Source: Kiritimatiellia bacterium (GTDB taxonomy: Bacteria > Verrucomicrobiota > Kiritimatiellia > RFP12 > UBA1067). From it: 46,840 bases of DNA. Shown here in pieces: positions 25,119 through 32,620 of this stretch; positions within the stretch are counted from its first letter, which is position 1, and each line of letters begins with the position of its first letter. The DNA lies in assembly GCA_904502135.1 (NCBI GenBank), contig CAJGDE010000002.1, positions 1 through 46,840 on the forward strand, given 5' to 3'. The position numbers and the translations under genes were made by a program. Under the pieces are notes generated by a model that saw only the letters and a list, made by a program, of their open reading frames with translations, did not search any database and was not told where the DNA came from.

Positions 25119-26785
25119 TTTTTAATGTCATTTTCGCCGCAGTGACGGCAATTTTGATTGATGTCAATCAAAGTCCGATTAAAGACCAGCGCGATTCTAC
25201 TTGCGGTCCCGATTTAGGGTATGCTGGATGTCTTACGGAAATTTCACTATATAACGATCCTTTTTCAACATGGGCGTACGGAGCGGGAATAAAGGATACG
25301 GAAAATGCTTTGCGCAATTGCGGTGCAAGGTTCTTAAGACAGTGGGATGCCGTAAAAACATGGCAATACGGAATGACGGGGCCGGGGAATCTTGCTCATC
25401 CGAAATCGTATTGGCCGCTTTGGAAAAAAATGGGAATTAAGGTTCTTCTTACTCTTGAGCATTACGGCGCTTGGCCTGACAAAGCCTGCGCCAAGAAACG
25501 AACAGGAGACATAAAAACTGTAAAGCGCGTTATTTTGGAGTATATACGCTGGATTATCAAGAATCGTTATCAAGATGTTGTCGCGGGGCTTGAGTTAGGT
25601 AATGAGCCTTATTTCGGGAACAATCCCGAAGAGTATGCAGAGCGCTGGTGCGAGATTATTCCTGAAATTAAAAAGCTCTGGCCGGATGTGAAAATCGGTA
25701 TGCCGATAGCTGAATACAGGGCGGGCGATCCGGATCTTGATGCCGTGCGCAAGCGTCTTGGCGAAAAGAAAATGATGGCAGGAGGAGGGGAGTTTGAAAT
25801 CAACCGTTTCAATCAATGGTCAGGGCGGTTTGTTGTGGCGATGTCAAATCAGCTGCACAATATCTCTCATGTAATATATCATTTCTACGGCGGAGACGCT
25901 CCGTACGGTTGCAGTCAGAGTGGCTTTGGTCGTATAAAAAATTTCGAGAAGATATATCCGCAGATTGCTGGCAAGCGCGTTTGGATAAGCGAATGGAGAG
26001 AGCGCTCCGATGAAGATGGGCGTTGTCATCAGATGTTCGCCTCAACGCTTTTCAAGGCGCATTATATGCTCTCTTGCCTTACCCAGCCGAATATTGACGG
26101 AATAAATCTGCATTGCATAGGTTCTCTTTCTGGCGCTCTGAATATCTCAATGAACTGTTCGTTTCCAGGCGAGGGTTGGAGAAGCGGCTTTATGTTTCAG
26201 TCTGATCCTCTGCAAGGTTATAATTTTTACCCCGATCCTGATGTTAAGCCAGGGCAGAGGCGTTATGTGATGGGGCCTGCCGCACCGCTTTTTAAGATTT
26301 ATACCGATGCGCTTGTTAAACATCCAATCATTCATGAACACGGCACGCTTGGCAAGCAAGGAGATAAAGCGTCATGCTGGTCGAGCGCTCTTTTCTACGG
26401 GTCGTCCCATGCTCAGCGTTCAGTTCTCAATCGCGGCGGAAAATGGAAGGATGTTCCTCCCATTAAAGGTAATGTAGAATGGGTGTCAACGCTCAATCCG
26501 GAAAAAACTTCTCTTGCGATGCTTATGTGCAATACGACTGTTGAGGAACAAAAAATTCCTATTAAGCTCGTAAATGCGAAATTCGCAGGTGCAGCTGTCG
26601 TAAGGAGTGTTTCATGCGAGCCGGAACTTATCTATCATCATAACATTCCTTCCGAGACGCCTCTTTGGAAAATGCAGACGGAGAAGAAAACTTCTGATTT
26701 CATGGATTCGGAAGGCGTGCTCACCATCGGACCTGACACGATACAGACTGTTGTTGTGCCCATCAAGAAAATCGAAGATCGTTAA
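25115..26785 (+). CDS. Putative clan GH-A (TIM-barrel) glycoside hydrolase
   Basis: 556 aa. LELGNEPYF (NEP acid/base motif) and RVWISEWRE (candidate nucleophile Glu) are spaced about 130 aa apart, as in GH5/30/39/79-type enzymes. The family is not assignable by eye. Confidence 0.65.
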   Translation: MIFNVIFAAVTAILIDVNQSPIKDQRDSTCGPDLGYAGCLTEISLYNDPFSTWAYGAGIKDTENALRNCGARFLRQWDAVKTWQYGMTGPGNLAHPKSYWPLWKKMGIKVLLTLEHYGAWPDKACAKKRTGDIKTVKRVILEYIRWIIKNRYQDVVAGLELGNEPYFGNNPEEYAERWCEIIPEIKKLWPDVKIGMPIAEYRAGDPDLDAVRKRLGEKKMMAGGGEFEINRFNQWSGRFVVAMSNQLHNISHVIYHFYGGDAPYGCSQSGFGRIKNFEKIYPQIAGKRVWISEWRERSDEDGRCHQMFASTLFKAHYMLSCLTQPNIDGINLHCIGSLSGALNISMNCSFPGEGWRSGFMFQSDPLQGYNFYPDPDVKPGQRRYVMGPAAPLFKIYTDALVKHPIIHEHGTLGKQGDKASCWSSALFYGSSHAQRSVLNRGGKWKDVPPIKGNVEWVSTLNPEKTSLAMLMCNTTVEEQKIPIKLVNAKFAGAAVVRSVSCEPELIYHHNIPSETPLWKMQTEKKTSDFMDSEGVLTIGPDTIQTVVVPIKKIEDR

Positions 26786-26820
26786 GATCGCTTTCTTGAC
26801 GCGACTTAAGGGTATGAGTA

Positions 26821-26849
26821 TTGATTATCTGCCCGGATAATGATATTAT
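26821..26849 (+). promoter_or_regulatory. Candidate promoter upstream of the esterase gene
   Basis: TTGATT at 26821-26826, a 17-nt spacer, and a TG-extended -10 TGATATTAT at 26841-26849. Confidence 0.45.
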
Positions 26850-26910
26850 ACGGCGAATAAAAAGTTCCGTTCCGTATATGGGATGGAAGTAATGAAAGGG
26901 AAATAAAAAT

Positions 26911-28461
26911 ATGAAAAAAGAATTTACATCCGCCTGTTTCGCTCTTGGTGCGTGTGCGGCGTTCGCCGCGATAGAATTGGGAGCTCCTTTCTCCGACGGC
27001 GTTGTTCTGCAGCGCGGGATGAAGGTGCCCGTGTGGGGCAAGATTGTCTCGTCGTGCGGTAAGGCGGCGCGTGAAGTTAAAGTCGAATTTGCCGGGCAAG
27101 CGAAAAAGGCGAGCGTCGGGGCGGATGGCTCTTGGCGCGTCGATCTTGATGCAATGGAGGCGTCGCCTGAAAGCCGTACGATGAAAGTGTGCGAGATGGA
27201 AAGCGGCTTCTTCTTTGATTCGGTCGTTGACTCGGTTGAGGTAAAAGACGTTCTCGTCGGTGAAGTGTGGTTTGCCTCCGGCCAAAGCAATATGGAAACT
27301 CCGATATGGCATGACGCTAATTCGCGTTATCGTGACGGGAAGGGCGCTATGATGACATCGATGACGCGTATGCCGCTCGTGCGCTACGTGAAGACGCCGC
27401 GCGTTTACGGAACTCCCGGTCGCAATAAACTGAAAGTTCAGTGGTGTCGTTTCGAACCGTCATCGTTTATCGCGCCTGTCAATTCGGTCCATTGGAAGCT
27501 GCCGTCTGCTGTTGCATGGTATTTCGCTAGAGAGCTTCATATCGCGCTTGGAGTTCCTGTTGGAATTGTGGACTCTTCAATCGGCGGCACCAATATCGAC
27601 GCATGGACGCCGCGTGAGGGTTATGAGGGCTGTGACGCGTCGATCAAGGCAACGGCCGACTACGTGCCGAAGTTTGGCAAGGACTGGACGAAAGATTGTG
27701 TCAAGGGAGTGATTGGAGCTGCGTTCCAGCAGCCGACAGCGCTTTTTAACGCGATGGTGTGGGATTACGCGCCGATGGCGATGCGCGGATTTATCTGGTA
27801 TCAAGGCTGCCATAACGCCGACGAAAGCGAGCTTTATTCAGCCAAGATGCATGCGCTCTACAACGGGTGGTCGAAAGTGTTTGAGAACCCTAATCTTAAA
27901 CTCTATTTTGCTCAGCTTGCCCCGTGGAAGCATAACTGGATGGGTATCTGCATGGCGCAGGATAAGTTCGTCAGCGAGCAGCCCAACGCGGCGATTGCTG
28001 TAACGTCAGACGTGGGCAATTTCGACGACATTCACCCGAACGACAAGGAGACTGTCGCGCAGCGTCTTGTAATTCACGCTCTTAAGCGCGACTACGGCTT
28101 TGATATTCCTGAGGATTGCTCGCCGACGGCCAAGTCGCTTTCTGTTTCAGGCGATGTCGCGACCGTTACTTTCGATCATGTCAAAACCTGGTATGTGTAT
28201 AACGAGAATATGAAGCTTGATGCGCCGTTCGAGGTGGCTGGAGATGATGGCGTTTGGGAAGCTGCGCAGCTGGTCGATTACGGCAAGACGTTCAAGGATT
28301 GGCGGACGTTCGGGCTTATTGAAAAGCCGCAACTTAGCTTGAGAAGCGATAAGGTGAAAAAGCCCGTTAAAGCGCGCTATCTCGGTAAAGAGCGCACAAA
28401 GGGCGTTATGTACAACCAGGCTTCTTTGCCGCTTGGGCCGTTTGAAATTTCTGTGCGGTAA
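26911..28461 (+). CDS. Sialate O-acetylesterase-like SGNH/SASA-domain carbohydrate esterase
   Basis: Signal peptide. GEVWFASGQSNME (GQSNM motif), SSIGGTNIDAW, GFIWYQGCHNA, DIHPNDKETVAQRL. This is the typical motif set of the sialic-acid-specific 9-O-acetylesterase (DUF303) family. Confidence 0.85.
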   Translation: MKKEFTSACFALGACAAFAAIELGAPFSDGVVLQRGMKVPVWGKIVSSCGKAAREVKVEFAGQAKKASVGADGSWRVDLDAMEASPESRTMKVCEMESGFFFDSVVDSVEVKDVLVGEVWFASGQSNMETPIWHDANSRYRDGKGAMMTSMTRMPLVRYVKTPRVYGTPGRNKLKVQWCRFEPSSFIAPVNSVHWKLPSAVAWYFARELHIALGVPVGIVDSSIGGTNIDAWTPREGYEGCDASIKATADYVPKFGKDWTKDCVKGVIGAAFQQPTALFNAMVWDYAPMAMRGFIWYQGCHNADESELYSAKMHALYNGWSKVFENPNLKLYFAQLAPWKHNWMGICMAQDKFVSEQPNAAIAVTSDVGNFDDIHPNDKETVAQRLVIHALKRDYGFDIPEDCSPTAKSLSVSGDVATVTFDHVKTWYVYNENMKLDAPFEVAGDDGVWEAAQLVDYGKTFKDWRTFGLIEKPQLSLRSDKVKKPVKARYLGKERTKGVMYNQASLPLGPFEISVR

Positions 28462-28502
28462 AATCATTCAAGTGAAGATGCTCTAAACATATTGATGCAA
28501 TA

Positions 28503-30743
28503 ATGAAGAAAGTTATCTTGATAAAATCTGTATTCGTCAGTGTTGTTTTGACGGCCGTTCAAGTTGCTCAAGGTTCAACGGTGAGCGTCGGCTCAGAGAA
28601 AGAACTCGCTGCCGCGCTTGCGGTGGCAGCTAAAGGCTCTGCGCCCCGAGAGATAGTTATTAAATCGGGGCGCTATCTTTTAGAGCGTCCGCTTGAGATT
28701 TCTGCGGTGACAGGTCTTGTTATCCGTGCCGAGCGTCCCGGCGCGGTCGAGCTTTGCGGTGGAGTCAAGGTGACGGGCTTAAGCCGTGTCAAGGGGACGC
28801 CATTTTGGTCTGCCGAGGTAAAGGGTAGCGACGGGAAACCGCTCTTATTCCGTGCGCTTGTGAAGAACGGGAAGTGGGTAGAGAATGCGATTTTGCCAGG
28901 AGGCACGAATCGCTTTGAGCATTTATCCCGTTTTGGCGCGTTTCTTCTGCCTAATCTTGCGGGGCACTGGTCTCGTCCGCCGAGCGATGACGAAAATAGA
29001 GTCATGTCGTATGATGCGAAAGATATCCCCGATTCAATGAATCTTGACAGCGTCGATATTCATCTTTTTCACACGTGGTCTGATTCGCTCTGTACCGTTG
29101 AGAGCGTCGACCGCAAGGCGAAGGTCATCAAGATTAAGGAGGTTCCCGATTGGCCGATGGGAGCGCAAAACAAGTTTGAATACGAGCTTTTCAATGTCCG
29201 CGAAGGCATGGCGAGCGGGCGCTGGTTTCTTGATCGGCGCGAGGGCCGTATCTATTATCAGCCGCTGCCGGGTGAGGATGTGGAGAAGTTGGATTTCATT
29301 CGCCCGTCCCTGCGCAATGTTATGGTGCTAAAAGATGCGTGCGATGTAAAGATTGAAGGAATTGTGTTTTCAGGAGCTGCGGGCGCTTTCGGAGATAAAC
29401 CAGGTTTCGCCGGCAATAATATTTCGGCCGCGCTTGTCATCCGCAATGTCGAACGTCTTAAATTAAGTAATGTTACGATAAAGAATACCGCCGGCGCGGG
29501 ACTGCGCATTATCGGTTACCGCGATGTGGAGATTGATGGCTGCTTATTCAATTACTGCGGCGCATGTGCGATGTATGTCGCCACAGGAAAGTCCGCCCTC
29601 GTCAGGCGCACGCAGGTAAGCGATGTCGGGCTTGTGTATCGCTCGTCGTGCGGAATTTATGTAAGCGGAGTTGATGTCGTTCTTGCGGAGAATGAGGTTA
29701 GAAACGTTCCCTACAGCGGAATTATCGCCTTCGGTGATCGCAATCGCGTCGAGACGAATTTTGTTCATCGCGTTATGCAGGTGCTGCACGATGGAGCTGC
29801 CGTCTATGGGCTTTTTGTCAATGGCGTGATACGAGGAAATGTCGTTAAAGATATTCTCGCCAGTGGCAACAGTCTCGGTGTTCACGCTTATTACGCCGAC
29901 GAAAGCTCGCGCAATACATTGGTTGAGGGTAATTATGCCGAGGGCATGGTGGTGCCGATCCACAATCACATGTCTGCCGCAATCACCGTCAGAAACAATA
30001 CTCTTGTCAACGAGAAGGGTGATATGCGCATATCCTTCGAGCGCAGTGTTGGCTGCGCGTTCACCGGTAATCGGATTTTCTGCGGCGGAAAACTTGAAAC
30101 CGTATGGCTTGACGGTGTGCCTGACTGGAAAGATAACATCGTTTTCAACGGCAGATCTGCGCCATTTGAGTGGAATCCGCCGCGAGTGCCCCAGTCACGC
30201 CGCGCTCCCGTTGAGGCGATTGGCGCGGTTAAAAGGCCGGTGATTGACGGCAAGTTCTCAGAAGGAGAGTGGAATGGAGATTTTGTGCACATTGACCGAT
30301 TGGCAGACGGCAGTCAAAGCGGATTTTCTTCTGCGCTGATCCGTTTTGCGTGGGATAGCGACAATCTATACGCTTCTTTTCTTGCGGCAAATTTTGCGAC
30401 AGGAAAAATTTCTTGGGGTTCGCGCTGGGGTGTGGATGACGGTGTGGAGCTTGATCTTGGAGAAGGGCGTAAGGTGCGAGCGTTTCATGATGGCTCTACT
30501 GTAGTCCTGTCGCCATCATTCGCTGAAGCGGTAAAGGTGGTTGCGCTCGGCAAGGGAAAGAGCGGCCATTACAATCCAAATCTCGTCAGGGTGGAAATGG
30601 CCGTTCCTTGGAAGGCGCTCGGAATCTTGCCGAAGGTGGGCGTGAAGGTTTCTTTTAGTGTACGCGTATATCAGAGCGAATTTGATCAAATGAAGACGTA
30701 TGACAGCGATGCTCAGCCGTGCTATTTGCTTCTGACTCTTTAA
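28503..30743 (+). CDS. Secreted right-handed parallel beta-helix protein with a C-terminal CBM9/DOMON-like domain
   Basis: Signal peptide. Repeated beta-helix turns (NVTIKNTAGAGLRI, VEIDGCLFNYCG, GIYVSGVDVVLAENEVRNVPYSGI, and others). The C-terminal PVIDGKFSEGEWNG...WDSDNLYASF pattern is typical of family 9 carbohydrate-binding-like modules. Confidence 0.7.
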   Translation: MKKVILIKSVFVSVVLTAVQVAQGSTVSVGSEKELAAALAVAAKGSAPREIVIKSGRYLLERPLEISAVTGLVIRAERPGAVELCGGVKVTGLSRVKGTPFWSAEVKGSDGKPLLFRALVKNGKWVENAILPGGTNRFEHLSRFGAFLLPNLAGHWSRPPSDDENRVMSYDAKDIPDSMNLDSVDIHLFHTWSDSLCTVESVDRKAKVIKIKEVPDWPMGAQNKFEYELFNVREGMASGRWFLDRREGRIYYQPLPGEDVEKLDFIRPSLRNVMVLKDACDVKIEGIVFSGAAGAFGDKPGFAGNNISAALVIRNVERLKLSNVTIKNTAGAGLRIIGYRDVEIDGCLFNYCGACAMYVATGKSALVRRTQVSDVGLVYRSSCGIYVSGVDVVLAENEVRNVPYSGIIAFGDRNRVETNFVHRVMQVLHDGAAVYGLFVNGVIRGNVVKDILASGNSLGVHAYYADESSRNTLVEGNYAEGMVVPIHNHMSAAITVRNNTLVNEKGDMRISFERSVGCAFTGNRIFCGGKLETVWLDGVPDWKDNIVFNGRSAPFEWNPPRVPQSRRAPVEAIGAVKRPVIDGKFSEGEWNGDFVHIDRLADGSQSGFSSALIRFAWDSDNLYASFLAANFATGKISWGSRWGVDDGVELDLGEGRKVRAFHDGSTVVLSPSFAEAVKVVALGKGKSGHYNPNLVRVEMAVPWKALGILPKVGVKVSFSVRVYQSEFDQMKTYDSDAQPCYLLLTL

Positions 30744-30901
30744 TGTCTCTTCAGACGATTTGTCGCATGATTCAAGATTAGTCAAACGCTTTGATTTTGA
30801 ACTTACCTGCGACAAGCCATTCGACTAATTGGCGGTCATTGATGACTTTTGCGTCATCATAGCCGTTCTCGGTGCGCAATCGGCGAAGATCGTGAAATCC
30901 A

Positions 30902-30932
30902 TTGGACAGAAAAATTCGCCTTGTGGTATAAT
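30902..30932 (+). promoter_or_regulatory. Promoter upstream of the GC-rich gene
   Basis: TTGGAC at 30902-30907, a 19-nt spacer, and a TG-extended -10 TGGTATAAT at 30924-30932. Confidence 0.5.
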
Positions 30933-31042
30933 ACTTACAAATATGCAAAAGGAGTATGCTGTGAAAATTTCGCAAAACTTCATGATGGAAGGGTTCCGGC
31001 TTCGCTATATTCGTGAAGTAGTGGCTGTATTAGAAAGTCGAT

Positions 31043-32260
31043 ATGAAAAGTAAAAATAAGTTCTTTTTCGGAACAATCCTCTCGGCAGTAGCGGTAATAT
31101 GGGCATCAGACGCGGCGGCTGAGGCGGAGAAGATGTTTCCTGTTGCCTCGGCGAAAGTGCCGGAGACGAAGCATGTCTTTTCGATGTCGTGTAAGGTCAC
31201 GGCGGTGAACGGCGACCTTGCGACGGCGGAAGGGCGCGCGAAGGCGATAGCTTGGTGGAAGAAATATGGTTTCACGAAACTCTGGCTCGAGAGCTACCGA
31301 CACGGCGAGCGCGTGCCGACAGAACGGCTCGTCGAGGAGCGCGACGCATTCCGCGCCGAGGGTTTTGAGGTATGTGGCATGATCACGCCGACGATGCTGA
31401 ACGACACTGAACCTGGCAAGGATGAGCCGCAGATGGTCGTCTGCTGGAGCGATCCGAAGGCGCGCGAGCGTATACGCGAGGAATGTGTGCGCGCGGTGAA
31501 AGTCTTCGACACGGTGATCATCGACGACTTTCTGTTTTCCTGCTGCGGTGACGGCTGCGCGAGATGCCGCGCAGACAAGGCGGCGCGGAATGTCGCAGAC
31601 TGGGAGGAGTATAGGCGCACGCTTATGTACGAAGTGTGCGAGCGCGACATCCTTCATGGCGCGAAGAAGGCCAACCCGAAATCGCACATCATCATCAAGT
31701 ATCCGTGCTGGTGGCGCCTTTATGAGAAGCGCGGCTATTCTCCTGCGCGTCAGGCGGCGCTTTTCGGCGAATGCTGGGTGGGGACCGAAACGCGTGACGC
31801 GAACCCCGAGCCGATACAGGCGTGCTGGATCATGGCGTGGATGAACGAGATCACAGGCGGCAGATGTGGCGGCGGGTGGTACGACGCATTGGACTGCACG
31901 CCGGAGAAGTTCGTGGAACAGGCATACTACACGATTCTCGGCGGCGCGAAAGAGTCGCTTGTCCACTGCTACGACTATCTGCTCTCGGACGACCCGGGGC
32001 GGACGGCGTTCGGCGAAAAGGCGGGTAGCCCGCGCAAGTGCCGCGAGGCGTTCGAGCGGGCTGCGCCGCAGCTGCGCAAACTTGCCGACTTCGTCAGCGG
32101 TGCGGAGCGCGGATCTTTTTCAATGGGCGCGGATGGTGTCTCTGCGCACGAGTTCACGAAGGGCGGCAGGCGTTTCGTTGCCCGCCTCAACACTAAGGAC
32201 GAGCCAGTCGCAGGACTTCCCGCCCATGGCTTCGAACTGAAGGAATGCAAGGGAGAATGA
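31043..32260 (+). CDS. Secreted hypothetical protein, compositionally foreign (about 60% GC)
   Basis: 405 aa. Signal peptide (FFFGTILSAVAVIWASDAAAE) and a Cys cluster FSCCGDGCARCR. Long shadow ORFs in several frames on both strands across the same span indicate high GC. I recognise no family. Confidence 0.7.
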   Translation: MKSKNKFFFGTILSAVAVIWASDAAAEAEKMFPVASAKVPETKHVFSMSCKVTAVNGDLATAEGRAKAIAWWKKYGFTKLWLESYRHGERVPTERLVEERDAFRAEGFEVCGMITPTMLNDTEPGKDEPQMVVCWSDPKARERIREECVRAVKVFDTVIIDDFLFSCCGDGCARCRADKAARNVADWEEYRRTLMYEVCERDILHGAKKANPKSHIIIKYPCWWRLYEKRGYSPARQAALFGECWVGTETRDANPEPIQACWIMAWMNEITGGRCGGGWYDALDCTPEKFVEQAYYTILGGAKESLVHCYDYLLSDDPGRTAFGEKAGSPRKCREAFERAAPQLRKLADFVSGAERGSFSMGADGVSAHEFTKGGRRFVARLNTKDEPVAGLPAHGFELKECKGE

Positions 32261-32331
32261 ACATGGCTAGGACGCGGAGAGGGACAGACCCCTCTGCATA
32301 GGAGAGTGGGTTAATGTTTGAATATTGGAAT

Positions 32332-32535
32332 GGGGTTTAGGAGTTTAGAAGGTTTAGGGGTTTAGAAAGTTTAGGAGGTTTAGAAGGTTTAGTTTTGGTG
32401 TAGAGATTAGGTGTAGGTGTAGAGCGGATGTTTATCCTTTCTACCGCTACGACTCCTCCACTAACGACTAACCCCTACCTGCTAACTCCTGACTCCTAAC
32501 TCCTGACTCCTAACTCCTGACTCCTAACGACTAAT
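32332..32535. repeat. Copy B of the TAG-rich repeat family, with a C/A-rich inverted partner arm
   Basis: The left arm (32332-32424) is G/T-rich with GTTTAG/GTGTAG/GATTAG units. A spacer of about 16 nt follows. The right arm (32441-32535) is built from CTAAC/CTCCT/CTAC units, roughly the complement. The 34-nt stretch 32359-32392 is identical to 20209-20242. Confidence 0.9.
32484..32534 (+). repeat. Perfect 14-nt tandem repeat AACTCCTGACTCCT x3 plus a partial unit
   Basis: Units at 32484-32497, 32498-32511 and 32512-32525 are identical, followed by AACGACTAA. On the minus strand this reads (AGGAGTCAGGAGTT)n, an array of SD-like AGGAG motifs. Confidence 0.95.
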
Positions 32536-32548
32536 ATCGCGCTCATAA

Positions 32549-32577
32549 TTGCGAACGCCCCATATATGTGATATACT
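32549..32577 (+). promoter_or_regulatory. Candidate promoter of the tandem esterase gene
   Basis: TTGCGA at 32549-32554, a 17-nt spacer, and a TG-extended -10 TGATATACT at 32569-32577. Confidence 0.45.
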
Positions 32578-32620
32578 ACAAGCATTCAACCTAAATTAAT
32601 ATAAGAAAGTTTTTATCGAT

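Noticed and set aside
30778-30975. A minus-strand 65-aa ORF (…FHDLRRLRTENGYDDAKVINDRQLVEWLVAGKFKIKAFD) as a toxin-antitoxin or decayed gene fragment.
   Set aside because: I cannot match it to any family by eye. Its 5' half overlaps the plus-strand promoter and small ORF, and it has no SD or promoter of its own. It might be a remnant of the gene displaced by the GC-rich insertion, but that is unsupported, so I do not call it.
20209-32392. Direct 34-nt repeats 12,150 bp apart as boundaries of a mobile element or genomic island.
   Set aside because: The enclosed segment starts with core housekeeping genes (pal, tatA, tatC, plsY) of ordinary composition. It contains no integrase, transposase or tRNA attachment site. 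Only the single gene 31043-32260 looks foreign.
32484-32534. The 14-nt x3 tandem array and the 9-nt TAG repeats as a possible CRISPR array.
   Set aside because: The units are contiguous with no unique spacers and are far shorter than CRISPR repeats. No cas genes occur in the window.
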